Source: Escherichia coli (lineage in GTDB: Bacteria > Pseudomonadota > Gammaproteobacteria > Enterobacterales > Enterobacteriaceae). From it: a stretch of 64,000 bases of DNA. The stretch's first letter is position 1, and each line of letters starts with the position of its first letter. The position numbers were made by a program, and so were the translations under genes. Location: the NCBI RefSeq assembly GCF_024502345.1, contig NZ_JALDNN010000001.1. One strand, written 5' to 3'. The notes below the pieces were generated by a model. That model had not been told where the DNA came from, searched no databases, and saw only the letters and a program-made list of their open reading frames with translations. Below are positions 52,736-64,000 of this stretch, piece after piece.

Positions 52736-53500
52736 ATGGCGCATCGGCTACTCATTGGTAAAGGAATGATCACCTTGAATCTCAAACGGATTTTTCTCAC
52801 CCTCACCTTACTTCCCTTGTTTGCTGTTGCCGCTGATGATTGCGCACTCTCAGATCCGACGCTGACCGTACAGGCGTATACCGTTAATCCTCAAACAGAG
52901 CGGGTGAAAATGTACTGGCAAAAAGCTAATGGCGAAGCGTGGGGAACGTTACATGCTCTGCTGGCGGATATGAATAGTCAGGGTCAGGTGCAGATGGCGA
53001 TGAACGGCGGCATCTATGATGAAAGCTATGCGCCGCTCGGTTTGTACATCGAAAACGGTCAGCAGAAGGTGGCGTTAAATCTCGCTTCAGGTGAAGGGAA
53101 TTTCTTTATCCGTCCTGGCGGCGTGTTTTATGTCGCGGGAGATAAAGTCGGCATCGTTCGTCTGGATGCCTTCAAAACCAGTAAAGAGATTCAGTTTGCG
53201 GTGCAGTCAGGGCCAATGTTGATGGAAAACGGTGTAATTAATCCGCGTATTCATCCCAACGTCGCCTCACGCAAAATTCGTAACGGTGTTGGGATTAATA
53301 AACATGGGAATGCCGTGTTTTTGTTGAGCCAGCAGGCGACAAATTTTTATGATTTTGCCTGTTATGCCAAAGCGAAACTGAACGTTGAGCAGCTGCTTTA
53401 TCTTGATGGCACGATTTCACATATGTATATGAAAGGCGGGGCAATCCCGTGGCAACGCTATCCTTTTGTCACCATGATTTACGTCGAGCGGAAAGGTTAG
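52736..53500 (+). CDS. yigE: DUF2233-family periplasmic protein YigE
   Basis: 254 aa with signal peptide; position between corA and uvrD. Confidence 0.8.
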   Translation: MAHRLLIGKGMITLNLKRIFLTLTLLPLFAVAADDCALSDPTLTVQAYTVNPQTERVKMYWQKANGEAWGTLHALLADMNSQGQVQMAMNGGIYDESYAPLGLYIENGQQKVALNLASGEGNFFIRPGGVFYVAGDKVGIVRLDAFKTSKEIQFAVQSGPMLMENGVINPRIHPNVASRKIRNGVGINKHGNAVFLLSQQATNFYDFACYAKAKLNVEQLLYLDGTISHMYMKGGAIPWQRYPFVTMIYVERKG

Positions 53501-53539
53501 AATGATAGTTTTGTGTCAGATACTAAATATGCTGCTGAT

Positions 53540-53646
<107 letters not shown>

Positions 53647-55809
53647 TTACACCGACTCCAGCCGGGCATAAGCCGCCACCAGCCATTTAATACCCTGGCC
53701 CTGAAATGCCACCTGCAAACGGCTATGCTCACCGCTGCCTTCCATATTGACAATGGTGCCTTCACCAAACTTAGCGTGGCGTACGCGCTGGCCGAGCTTG
53801 TAGCCGCTGTCGTTCTCGACCATCGGCGTACCCATCCGTTGATGGCTGACCGGGCGGCTTACCGTGGCGCGCAGGCGCACCTCTTCCACACACTCTTCCG
53901 GCAGCTCGCCGATAAAGCGCGACGGGCGATGGTAAACCTCTTTGCCATACAGACGGCGAGTTTCCGCGTAGGTCAGCGTCAGTTTCTGCATCGCGCGGGT
54001 TACGCCAACGTAGGCCAGACGGCGTTCTTCTTCCAGACGCCCGCCTTCATCCAGCGACATCTGGCTTGGGAACATGCCCTCTTCCATACCGACGATAAAC
54101 ACCTGCGGGAACTCCAGACCTTTCGCCGAGTGCATGGTCATCAGTTGTACCGCATCCTGCCAGGTATCCGCCTGCCCTTCGCCTGCTTCCAGCGCCGCAT
54201 GGGATAGGAACGCCTGCAGCGGCATTAAATCTTCGTCTTCTTCGTTGTAGCTGAACTGGCGCGTTGCCGTCACCAGTTCCTCTAAGTTTTCGATACGCGT
54301 CTGACCTTTTTCGCCCTTCTCCTGCTCGTACATGGTACGCAGGCCGGAGTCTTTAATTACCCGGTCAGTCTGTACATGCAGCGGCATATCGGCAGTTTCC
54401 TGCGCTAAGGCGTCGATCAGTTCCATAAACCGCTGTAAGGCGCTGGCAGCACGTCCGGCGAGGGCTTTTTCCTGCAACAGTTCACGACATGCCTGCCAGA
54501 GTGTTAACTGGCGATCGCGCGATGTCTGACGTACCACGTCCAGCGTCCGGTCACCAATACCCCGCGTTGGCGTATTCACCACACGCTCAAAGGCCGCGTC
54601 GTCGTTACGGTTGGCAATCAGGCGCAGATACGAGAGCGCATCTTTGATTTCCTGGCGTTCGAAGAAGCGCATCCCGCCGTAAATACGGTACGGCATACTC
54701 GCCTGCAACAGTGCTTCTTCCAGCACACGCGACTGGGCGTTACTGCGGTAGAGAATGGCGCACTCGGCAAGCGCCCCGCCGTTGTCCTGCCAGGTTTTGA
54801 TGCGGTTAACCACAAAACGCGCTTCATCGAGTTCGTTAAAAGCGCAATAGAGGGAAATAGGCTCACCGTCCGCGCCATCGGTCCACAGTTTTTTACCCAG
54901 ACGCCCGTTATTGTTTTCAATCAGGGCGTTAGCGGCGCTCAGAATATTGCTGGTAGAGCGGTAGTTTTGCTCCAGACGAATAGTTTCGGCACCGGGGAAA
55001 TCATTAAGGAAACGCTGAATATTCTCCACCTGCGCCCCGCGCCAGCCGTAGATTGACTGGTCGTCATCACCGACGATCATCACTTTGCCGGTGTCGCCCG
55101 CCAGCAGGCGGATCCACGCGTACTGAATGTTGTTGGTATCCTGGAATTCGTCCACCAGGATATTGGTAAAACGTTCGCGGTAGTGTTGTAGGATATGCGG
55201 CTTGTTAAGCCACAGTTCGTGAGCGCGCAGCAGCAGCTCGGCGAAGTCCACCAGGCCCGCGCGGTCACACGCTTCCTGATACGCCTGATACACCTTCTGC
55301 CAGGTCTGCTCCACCGGATTACCGTAGCTTTGAATATGATGCGGACGCAGGCCTTCATCTTTCTGGCTGTTGATGTACCACATTGCCTGGCGCGGCGGCC
55401 ACTGCTTCTCGTCGAGGTTCATGGCTTTGATCAGACGCTTAAGCAGGCGTAGCTGGTCTTCACTGTCGAGGATCTGGAAATCCTGCGGTAGATTGGCGTC
55501 CATATGGTGCGCACGCAGCAAACGGTGCGCCAGCCCGTGGAAGGTGCCGACCCACATGCCGCCCTGGCTGGTGCCCATCAGTTGCCCGATACGATGACGC
55601 ATCTCCGCCGCCGCTTTGTTGGTAAACGTCACAGCCATAATCGAGTATGGCGAGCAGTTTTCCACGCTCATCAGCCAGGCGATACGATGCACCAGTACGC
55701 GCGTCTTACCACTGCCCGCGCCCGCCAGCACCAGAAGGTTGCTGCGTGGCGCGGCCACCGCTTCGCGCTGTTTGTCATTAAGGCTGTCGAGCAGGTAAGA
55801 AACGTCCAT
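53647..55809 (-). CDS. uvrD: DNA helicase II (UvrD)
   Basis: ORF 53647..55998; the real start is MDVSYLLDSLNDKQREAV at 55809 (720 aa); Walker A GAGSGKT. Confidence 0.95.
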   Translation of the reverse strand: MDVSYLLDSLNDKQREAVAAPRSNLLVLAGAGSGKTRVLVHRIAWLMSVENCSPYSIMAVTFTNKAAAEMRHRIGQLMGTSQGGMWVGTFHGLAHRLLRAHHMDANLPQDFQILDSEDQLRLLKRLIKAMNLDEKQWPPRQAMWYINSQKDEGLRPHHIQSYGNPVEQTWQKVYQAYQEACDRAGLVDFAELLLRAHELWLNKPHILQHYRERFTNILVDEFQDTNNIQYAWIRLLAGDTGKVMIVGDDDQSIYGWRGAQVENIQRFLNDFPGAETIRLEQNYRSTSNILSAANALIENNNGRLGKKLWTDGADGEPISLYCAFNELDEARFVVNRIKTWQDNGGALAECAILYRSNAQSRVLEEALLQASMPYRIYGGMRFFERQEIKDALSYLRLIANRNDDAAFERVVNTPTRGIGDRTLDVVRQTSRDRQLTLWQACRELLQEKALAGRAASALQRFMELIDALAQETADMPLHVQTDRVIKDSGLRTMYEQEKGEKGQTRIENLEELVTATRQFSYNEEDEDLMPLQAFLSHAALEAGEGQADTWQDAVQLMTMHSAKGLEFPQVFIVGMEEGMFPSQMSLDEGGRLEEERRLAYVGVTRAMQKLTLTYAETRRLYGKEVYHRPSRFIGELPEECVEEVRLRATVSRPVSHQRMGTPMVENDSGYKLGQRVRHAKFGEGTIVNMEGSGEHSRLQVAFQGQGIKWLVAAYARLESV

Positions 55810-55892
55810 TGGCACCGCCGCGTAAAAATAGGTTGGGCGGAGAAGCGCAACGCCCTCCGCCAAAAAGCTGGGTATATATACAGATTTGCTGA

Positions 55893-56609
55893 TTATATCA
55901 GCGAGGTCAGAGATGCCAACCGGGAAATTTCCAGATGCGGCAGTAAACGGCTGTCCCAGGTTTGCATCAGATCGCCATTTTCCGGTCTGATCCAACAAGC
56001 CTGCATTCCGCTGCGAATTGCCCCACCCACGTCAGTGGTGAGATCGTCCCCAACATGTAAGATCTCGCCGATCGGCACGTTGAGTTTTTCCGCAGCCAAA
56101 AAGTACATATCGCTGAACGGTTTTGAGCGCCCGTGCGGGCCAGCGCGCAGCACAAACTCAAAATAATCCCCCAAACCAAACAGTTCCGGCTGGGCGTTAC
56201 CGTTGGTGATCGCCACCAGCGGCCATTTCTTCGCCAGCTGTTTTAAGGTGTCGTGAGTTTGCTGCGGGACGTCGATTCGGCTGCGCCATTTGGCAAAGTT
56301 AATCATTGCTGCGTGTGCGCCTGCACTGGCTTCTTCGGCACTCAGCCCGGCGTCGAGCATCGCTTGTTCAATCGAACGAAAACGCCAACGCGTCACGTCG
56401 TGATAAATCTCGGGTTCCGCTTCCCGTACCGCCTGGCGCAGGCGTTGCAGATCTTCATTCTGGAAGCTGCGCAGCGCCGGATGATAATTTTGCACAAAGG
56501 TAAGCGCCTCTCGCTCGGTGCGCAAAATCACCGGACGGTTATCGTAAAGGGTATCATCCAGGTCAAAGGTGAGCGCCGAGATGCGCCCCAAAGGCCGGTA
56601 AAAACGCAT
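55893..56609 (-). CDS. yigB: HAD-family phosphatase YigB
   Basis: 238 aa; HAD motif DLDDTLYD. Confidence 0.9.
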
Positions 56610-57505
56610 TATTTCCCCCGTTTGGCGCGTGGATGCGCCGCATCGTACACCGAGGCAAGGTGTTGAAAATCAAGATGAGTATAGATTTGCGTGGTGGAGA
56701 GGTTGGCATGACCCAGCAGCTCCTGCACACCACGAAGATCGCCGCTCGACTCCAGCATATGCGTGGCGAACGAGTGACGTAATTTATGCGGATGAACGTG
56801 ATTATTCAGCCCTTGTTTTATGCCCCATTCGGCAAAGCGTTTCTGCACATTACGCGCGGAGATACGCTTGCCCAGTTTCGACAGAAAAAGCGCGTCGTCT
56901 TCGCTACCAAACAGGTCGCGCAAATCAAGCCAGTGCTCAATCCACGCCACAGCGTTGCGACCAATCGGCAGGCGGCGCTCTTTGCTGCCTTTCCCCATTA
57001 CCCACACTTCACCAGACTCCAGGTCGAGGTGTTTGATATCCAGCCCCACCAGCTCGGAAAGACGCAGACCCGCGCCGTACATCACTTCCAGCATCGCACG
57101 GTCGCGTACAGCGAGGGGATCGTTGATATCAATATCCAGCAGCCGATTCATATCGTCGACGTCGATGTTTTTCGGCAGATGACGCGGCGCTTTCGGTGCC
57201 GAAACTCCTTTCGCCGGGTTAGCTTTGAGTTCGTTCTGGCTGACCAGCCAGTCAAAAAAGCTACGTAGCGCAGAAAGCCGTAACGCCAGACTTGCTGCTC
57301 CCAGCCCTTTACGGCGACTGCGTACAGCAAAATTGCGTACCATCGCTGCATCGCATTGTTGCCAGCTTTGCAGGCCGTTTTCGCTGGCAAAATTGATGAT
57401 CGCCTCAAGCTGACGCTGGTAGTTAAGTAGGGTTATCGGGCTAAGCTGACGCTCCACGCTCAGATAACGTAGGTAGCGTTCTACATCGGTGTGTAAATCG
57501 GTCAT
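56609..57505 (-). CDS. xerC: tyrosine site-specific recombinase XerC
   Basis: 298 aa; catalytic motif [12 protein letters not shown]...Y. Confidence 0.95.
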
Positions 57506-58209
57506 ACGCGTTCAATCCAACGCTCCAGAAGCTCCGGCAACATCAGCGCAATTTCATGAAGTAACTGCGTTCCCTGCCCTTGTTGATAGTGACTGGCATC
57601 GCGACTGGTAAACAGCACGACACCCAAATCAGCATCGCTTCCCAGCATCGACATCGCCACCGATCCCACCGCTTTCGCTTCCGGTAGCACCACCAGCAGC
57701 TCTGGTCCGTTAAGCGGCCCAAGATAGTGCTGTTCCTGCCCCAAACGCTGAATACGCAGCGGTTCGAAAGACTGACGGCTTAATGCCAGATGAGTGTGGT
57801 TCGACGGCGCACCTAAGCGCCAGCGATCCGGAAACAGGCGCAGACTCGCACCTGCCAGGCCGAGATCGCGCGCCCAGCGGTGAAAGCGCATCAGCATATC
57901 GTCGAGACTGCTGGCGGCGGTGAGACTGCGCTGCAGGTAGAGTAGGCGATAAAACAGGCCTTCGTTGGCGATAGCCTGTTCCATCAACAGTGCCATGTTC
58001 TCTTCCAGAACATGAATATGATTACGTGCGCGGGCCATGTGCCACTCGACCAACGAAACGGTGCCGCGTACCGGATGCGGCACACGTATCGCTTCTACTG
58101 CGCGCGCATTGCGGATAAAAAACTCAGGATTTTTAATCAGATAATCGACAACCGCCCGGTCATCAAGCTCCGTGAGTGTTTCCTGCAGTTCTTCCCCTGG
58201 TTGCTTCAT
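57502..58209 (-). CDS. yigA: DUF484-family protein YigA
   Basis: 235 aa; position in the dapF-yigA-xerC-yigB operon. Confidence 0.85.
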
Positions 58210-59030
58210 AGATGAATAAATCCGTCGTAGACATGTACCGCCGGGCCAGTCATATATAACGGGTGACCCGGACCTTTCCAGGCGATATCAAGACGACCGC
58301 CGGGGAGTTCCACGCGTACTTCTTCGGCCAGCAAACCTTGCTGAATCCCTACTGCAACCGCCGCACACGCGCCGCTGCCGCAGGCTTGGGTTTCTCCTGC
58401 CCCACGCTCATAAACGCGTAAACGAATATGCTCGCGCTTAACCACTTGCATAAAACCGATATTGGCTCGCTCCGGAAAACGCTCGTGGCTTTCCAGAACA
58501 GGACCAAGCGTTTCTACCGCCGCGGTATCGACATCATCGACCTGAATCACGCAATGCGGATTTCCCATCGACACCACGCCGCATAAGATTGTCTGCTCGG
58601 CGGCGCGCATAATATAGGTCTTTTCCGCTTTGTTAGCGCGAAACGGCACAGCGGAAGGTTCGAAGTTGGGTTCGCCCATATTTACGCGGACCAGATCATC
58701 ATCGGTGACGGTCAGAACCATCCGCCCGTTGGCGGTGCTGACGCGGATATCGCGCTTATTGGTCAGCCCTTTCAGGCGCACAAAACGGGCAAAGCAGCGC
58801 GCACCGTTGCCGCACTGCGCCACTTCACTGCCATCAGCATTGAAAATGCGATAGTGAAAATCCAGTTCAGGATCATACGGCGGCTCAACCACCAGCAGCT
58901 GGTCAAACCCTACCCCCAGGTGCCGATCCGCCAGGCGACGAATCAGCTCCGGTGAAAAAAAGACATTCTGCGTTACCGCGTCGACGACCATAAAATCGTT
59001 GCCAAGGCCATGCATTTTCGAGAACTGCAT
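58206..59030 (-). CDS. dapF: diaminopimelate epimerase
   Basis: ORF 58206..59033; the start is [17 protein letters not shown] at 59030 (274 aa). Confidence 0.95.
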
Positions 59031-59066
59031 CATTTACTCCAATCACGCGGGTACAGAAACTGACTT

Positions 59067-59270
59067 TTAGTAATTCACCTGGGATGGACCATCGCCAGTG
59101 GCGCGATCGTTTTTATCCGGCACCGTGGATTGCGTTTGCGTCTCTACCGGTTTGGTCGGCGGCGGTGCGTTTTTATCTGCAGGCGGGAAATAGAGCGGAC
59201 CTTTCAGACCGCAGCCCGTCAGGCTGAAGAGAGTAAGTAATACAGTGAGTGCCTTAAACACGTTTTTCAT
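59067..59270 (-). CDS. yifL: small lipoprotein YifL
   Basis: 67 aa, lipobox LTGC (MKNVFKALTVLLTLFSLTGCGLKG). Confidence 0.85.
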   Translation of the reverse strand: MKNVFKALTVLLTLFSLTGCGLKGPLYFPPADKNAPPPTKPVETQTQSTVPDKNDRATGDGPSQVNY

Positions 59271-59428
59271 TATGGATTGCCTGTAAAGTTCATCGCTTTC
59301 TGCTTTCTATCATCGCAGGAGAAGGCGTAAAAGCAAGCGTTTAGCGACTCTTTATGAAGTCTGAAAAGTGAGGAAATGCTGCGAGTATAACGCTTACTCG
59401 TGAGGATTTATGTTCTGCTGGCAGTTTC

Positions 59429-60937
59429 GTGATCAACACCTCGCGCCAGGATGGCTTTATGCACTATCGCAATGTGGTTTGTTTGTTGGCTTGTTCATTG
59501 TTCTTATCGTCGGCATGGGGATGTCGGCTTGATGCACCTGAACATAATATTTACCAGAAACAGGGAAAAGGCGTGGTGTACCTGCGCCCTTATAAAGAAA
59601 CAAATCTTTCTCTACCTGACGTGAATTACAAGAGTTTGCGCCGTTTACCCAATTTATTAATAGACCCAACAACACAAGATGAATGGACTAAAGAACCACC
59701 TCTGACTGATCTAACAACCGACTACCTCTATGAAGGCGCACAAGCCTGGTATCCTCATTACTCCTGGCATAGCGATGGCCGCAATATCCTCTACGCGGGT
59801 GAAGTTGTGCAAAACCCGCCAGACAAACCTCCCGTCGATGTCGCCTCGTTCAAGGCATGAGGTGATTTTGCCGCAGATAAACACAGTCTCTATTTCGAAG
59901 GCAAGCGCACTGATGACAATGGTGGGGGAAATAGCGTAGATATCAAAACACTGCATCAGGTGGAATTCCGGCCTCCCTGGGATCCTGACTTACTGGGGCT
60001 GATATTACGTGACGCTAATTTCTTATATGTCGATGGGCATCGCCTCGCTGACCCCGAGAGTTTCCGTGTGCTGGCACAAAAGTCATGGGATCAAAGAGGA
60101 AAGTTTTCTACCGCGTTTAATCCCTGTGTGGCTATGCCATTTGGCCCCTGGGATACCCTGGCTCGTACAAGAACCAAAATCCTGATCAACGGCGAACAGC
60201 TTGATGCCGACCCGGACACTTTTTCCGTCGTGCGCTGGATGCCCGGCTCACTCTTGACCTGGCGTGATAAAAACGGGCTGCAGCGTAAAGTCCTCGACAA
60301 GGAAAATCTGGCGTGGGATGAAGATTTAACAAAGCACTGTCTGGATTTTTCTCTGCTGGAAAAGAAAGTGTTCTGGCGTCAGGGGCCTGACTGTAAACAG
60401 GAAGAATTACCGGGACTCGATCCGGAACAGTTTCACCCCATCAGTGATGCTGTCGCACAGTATCAGGACTCGCTTTATACCATCATCGAAACAGAGTCTG
60501 GTGACCGCAAGCTGGAGATCGTGAAACTTGATGATCCCAATCTTATTATCAACAAACGTTTCAACGCCGGGAAACGCCACGGCTATTTACTTACGCGTGC
60601 CGAAGGGTGGCCATACCATTCCGGTTTACACGTGTTTGAATCTGACGGACCGCTGATCTTACTGGATAACCGCTCTCCGGATGAACGCGAAGCCCATCTT
60701 AATGACCATCCCTTTTTGCGCAGATGGTATGCCCGCGATAACCGCTACGTTTACAGCTTTGATGGCGCGCAGCTCTGGCGATACCGCACCGCTGATCCGA
60801 AACAAGTTCGCTTAATCTGGAAGGAACAACATTCGGGATATGGCTACGGGGTAAATTACAAAACGGGATATCTGGACGGAAAAATTACCGATGACGGCGA
60901 ATTTATTCCTGCCCCGCGCAATGAGGCGACAAAATGA
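59429..60937 (+). pseudogene. secreted repeat protein (DKNYY-like repeats by eye), split by an in-frame TGA at 59858-59860
   Basis: ORFs 59429..59860 and 59960..60937 are in the same frame with only the one TGA between them; the joined product is paralogous to the downstream 440-aa ORF. Confidence 0.6.
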
Positions 60938-62256
60938 AGGGTCAAATAATCACAGTTGCACTCATCCTGTTGGGGCACACATGTCTGACACCTGCTGTAC
61001 AGGCCATAGGGTTCGACTATTACAATGATCACGGTGTTATGTCTTACGGTAAAGGTTATGGGGAGGATGAGAAAATCATTGCCCAATTTCCGAAGATGAA
61101 CAGAGCCGATTTGCGCCTTGTGACAAATATATCCGGGGAGCGGGAGTTAGTGGAAGGCTATATACCCACTGATGAAATAAGCATAAAAAATGAGGAATAC
61201 TACTGGGTGACAGACGGCCGCGTTATTCTCTGGCGTGGCAAAATCGTTAGCAATCCACCGGGAATACCCACTGTCGATATTGCCAGCTTTCAGGCTATGG
61301 GCCGCTTCGCGGTCGATAAATATAGCCTCTATTTTGATGGACAGCGCACCGAAAGTAATAGCGGCGCGTCACGTGTTGATCTGGCGACACTAAAAGCTAT
61401 CGAAGGTAACTCTACCACGCTGGTGGATAGTAAAAATCTCTATTTGTCCGGTCGACGTCAGGGGAGCAGCAGTAATGTTACTGTATTAGAAAAAAGATGG
61501 TGGGGTATTAATCCACGTCTTATGAGTGTAAACAGAAATTTGTATTCCAATGATCTGCTTATCCGCAGTGGGCAGAATATTTATTTAAATGGCGTTCACC
61601 TTACGGCGAATGCAGACTCATTTGAGATAATTCGCTGGATACCTCATTCACTGCTGGTTTTTCGCGACAACAATGGTCTGCATCGTTATCCCTTTGGGCA
61701 ATTATCTGGCAAAGCGATACCCGTAGATGATGACGTCTCTTTTGAAGTGGGGGAAAGTCGCGTTCGCTGGCGTAAACAGCTCTCGCCCGACCGTCAGTGG
61801 AGCAAGTGGATAGACCTACCGGATATTGAACCTGAACAATTTCATCTGATTACTGGCAATATTGCGCAGTATAAAGATCGTCTGTATGTAACAAAATTAT
61901 CGACTTTTGGTGAAGACCAGCTTGAAATAATTCCGCTGGATTCGCCAGACCTGGTCATTGATAACTCATTTAATGGCGGCAAACAACATGTTTACTTTAT
62001 CCGCCAATTACGGTCAAAGAGCGTGCAAATTATTCCAGTTAACGGCCCGCTAATTAAAAACGATCGCTTCGCTTATGACGATCGCAATGTTTATACCTGG
62101 ACCGATACAGAGGTCAGGATTACGCCATCCCCCTGTCCGGCGAAAACACGCGTCAGAGAAGAGAATGTGCGTGAACTTCACAACAGAGACATTATTATTC
62201 CGTTGACGGATGAATCATGCCAGAACGCAGCAGACGAGCAAACTTTGAAGCCCTGA
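60934..62256 (+). CDS. secreted repeat protein, paralogue of the upstream gene (DKNYY-like repeats by eye)
   Basis: 440 aa; Sec-type signal peptide MKGQIITVALILLGHTCLTPAVQA; start overlaps the upstream stop (ATGA). Confidence 0.6.
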   Translation: MKGQIITVALILLGHTCLTPAVQAIGFDYYNDHGVMSYGKGYGEDEKIIAQFPKMNRADLRLVTNISGERELVEGYIPTDEISIKNEEYYWVTDGRVILWRGKIVSNPPGIPTVDIASFQAMGRFAVDKYSLYFDGQRTESNSGASRVDLATLKAIEGNSTTLVDSKNLYLSGRRQGSSSNVTVLEKRWWGINPRLMSVNRNLYSNDLLIRSGQNIYLNGVHLTANADSFEIIRWIPHSLLVFRDNNGLHRYPFGQLSGKAIPVDDDVSFEVGESRVRWRKQLSPDRQWSKWIDLPDIEPEQFHLITGNIAQYKDRLYVTKLSTFGEDQLEIIPLDSPDLVIDNSFNGGKQHVYFIRQLRSKSVQIIPVNGPLIKNDRFAYDDRNVYTWTDTEVRITPSPCPAKTRVREENVRELHNRDIIIPLTDESCQNAADEQTLKP

Positions 62257-62303
62257 CCCCATGCCGCTATACTGCCGCCATCACTTAAAAACAGGGTACA
62301 ACA

Positions 62304-62624
62304 ATGAACGACAGTGAATTTCATCGCCTGGCTGATCAACTGTGGCTGACCATTGAAGAGCGTCTGGACGACTGGGATGGCGATAGCGATATCGACTGCG
62401 AAATCAACGGCGGCGTACTGACCATTACCTTTGAAAATGGCAGCAAAATCATTATCAACCGCCAGGAACCGCTGCACCAGGTATGGCTGGCAACCAAACA
62501 AGGCGGCTACCATTTTGATCTGAAAGGCGATGAGTGGATTTGCGATCGCAGCGGCGAAACCTTCTGGGATTTGCTGGAACAGGCGGCGACGCAGCAGGCG
62601 GGTGAAACAGTCAGTTTCCGCTAA
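62304..62624 (+). CDS. cyaY: frataxin-like iron donor CyaY
   Basis: 106 aa, begins [33 protein letters not shown]. Confidence 0.95.
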
Positions 62625-62663
62625 GATTGCATGCCGGATAAGCCTCGCTTTCCGGCACGTTCA

Positions 62664-64000
62664 TCACGAAAAATACTGCTGTAATAGCGGCGTATCGTGA
62701 TCCTGATTGGCAGGCGGCATGTTACCGATAGATTTTGTGCGGAACGGAATCACCTGTTCACGACCATCAACCTTCACAATCTGATAGAACTGCGGCAGGT
62801 TGAAGTTGATGAAGCTTGAGCCGTAGGTAAAACGGTCATGCGATGACGAGTAGAAGCGACTGACGTCACGTACCAGCTCCTCTTTGCTGCCTTCGCAGTG
62901 GTGATATACCTCAACCCGGTTGCTTTCGTCGAGAATGTAGATATTAAAGCCATTCTCGTCTTGCGTTTCTTCGAAAAAGAACTGGATGATCCCTTCGCTG
63001 GCAAAGCCGTCCACCACCGCCGGTAATTTGACGTGATTGGTTTCAACCTGCACTGACAGGCCGTGCAGTTTGTTATGCGAAATCGCGCCATAAAACTCGA
63101 TGGCGTTTTCCAGTTTCTGTACCGATACATTCAGGCGTTCGAAGAACACCCCCCAGGTTTGACCAGAAACGCGCAGCGCCTTGAAACGCCCGGTTTCCTG
63201 GCGGGTGCTGGAAAGACGCAATTCAATACACTCAGAAACCAGTTGCTGCACGCGAGTACGGATTAACCCGCGCAGATGCTGACTATAACAGAAGACTTCC
63301 ACGCTATCTGGCGGTGCGGCGTCCTGATGCATTTTGCCGAGAATAGTTTTCAGGGCTTCGATCATCGATTGCTCGCCGTTGAAGTGCAGCGTACGCACTT
63401 CGTTCCACGAGTTGCGGTACAGCAGGTCAACGCTACCTACCAGGCAATTTTGATTCTCGCCAAAGCTGAAGACATCCAGCTTACGGAAATCGAAATGCAC
63501 CACCTGATTGCGGAACGCAGCTGTCGGGTCATATTCCAGGTTAACGATAATCGCCAGATGGCGGATCTCACACGGGCTGTAGAGCGCCTTCGGTGTCGGT
63601 GCAGGTAAGCGCAGCGGGAAATGGTGCGACACGTCGGCGACCATCTCCTGCAACTTAGGCAAATCGACAATGCCGTTACCTTTAATATACAAACGGGTGC
63701 GCGAGGTCAGCAGGCCGTTAAACCATGCCCACGCCACCAGTTTATTCAGGTAACGGTTATATTCCAGCGGCTGATGGCTGATGATCGACTCAATATTTGG
63801 CGCGCGGTTATACAGATACCAACCTGAACGGTTAGCCCGGCCCGGCGGCACATAAATAAAGGTCAGATTCGGTTCCGAGAGATCGGGTGAAATCTGCGGG
63901 TTTACCAGCGTCACTTTACCTGGTAATGCTTCAAACGCGGCATACAGCTTACGCGTCAGCACGCCGATATCCTGCGGACTGGCGGAGACGCTAAGGTTAT
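62664..64000 (-). CDS. cyaA: adenylate cyclase, 3' portion (C-terminal regulatory region; gene continues beyond window end)
   Basis: Minus-strand frame with stop at 62664, open to the window edge; C-terminus ...[10 protein letters not shown]. Confidence 0.9.
   Translation of the reverse strand, partial: NLSVSASPQDIGVLTRKLYAAFEALPGKVTLVNPQISPDLSEPNLTFIYVPPGRANRSGWYLYNRAPNIESIISHQPLEYNRYLNKLVAWAWFNGLLTSRTRLYIKGNGIVDLPKLQEMVADVSHHFPLRLPAPTPKALYSPCEIRHLAIIVNLEYDPTAAFRNQVVHFDFRKLDVFSFGENQNCLVGSVDLLYRNSWNEVRTLHFNGEQSMIEALKTILGKMHQDAAPPDSVEVFCYSQHLRGLIRTRVQQLVSECIELRLSSTRQETGRFKALRVSGQTWGVFFERLNVSVQKLENAIEFYGAISHNKLHGLSVQVETNHVKLPAVVDGFASEGIIQFFFEETQDENGFNIYILDESNRVEVYHHCEGSKEELVRDVSRFYSSSHDRFTYGSSFINFNLPQFYQIVKVDGREQVIPFRTKSIGNMPPANQDHDTPLLQQYFS

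Noticed and set aside
59858-59860. The TGA in the first repeat-protein gene as a selenocysteine codon
   Set aside because: No SECIS-like stem-loop is evident immediately downstream, and the paralogue has Met rather than Cys or Sec at this position; a nonsense mutation or sequencing error is more parsimonious.

Overview
This window is an Escherichia coli-type chromosomal backbone, in reverse orientation to the K-12 map, running from polA (5' part) to cyaA (3' part). Gene names are assigned by recognising the translated proteins and rRNA/tRNA sequences by eye; no database search was run. The backbone carries yihG, yihF, dsbA, srkA, yihD, mobAB, a complete rrnA-type rRNA operon (16S, tRNA-Ile, tRNA-Ala, 23S, 5S, minus strand), hemG, trkH, yigZ, pepQ, fadBA, fre, ubiD, rfaH, tatABCD, ubiB/ubiJ/ubiE, rmuC, udp, ysgA, metE, metR, yigM, yigL, pldB, rhtB, rhtC, recQ, pldA, yigI, rarD, corA, yigE, uvrD, yigB, xerC, yigA, dapF, yifL and cyaY. 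Three accessory insertions interrupt it. (1) A ~3.1 kb islet between ysgA and metE holds a decaying Hcp-fused toxin (type VI secretion, T6SS) gene: in-frame TAA, IS903 insertion with 9-bp target duplication, and a frame break before the toxin-like C-terminal domain. An intact-looking small downstream ORF is a candidate orphan immunity gene. (2) A ~2.4 kb AT-rich islet sits at the 3' end of corA, bounded by a ~127-bp direct repeat of the corA 3' end. It carries an IS1 copy with 9-bp target duplication and two translationally coupled ORFs of unknown function. The first is a predicted cytoplasmic protein and the second has an N-terminal signal/anchor, so this is the best candidate for an undescribed two-gene system, possibly effector/immunity. 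(3) Two tandem, overlapping paralogous genes for secreted repeat proteins lie between yifL and cyaY; the first is split by an in-frame TGA. No CRISPR array, prophage or integrase gene was seen.
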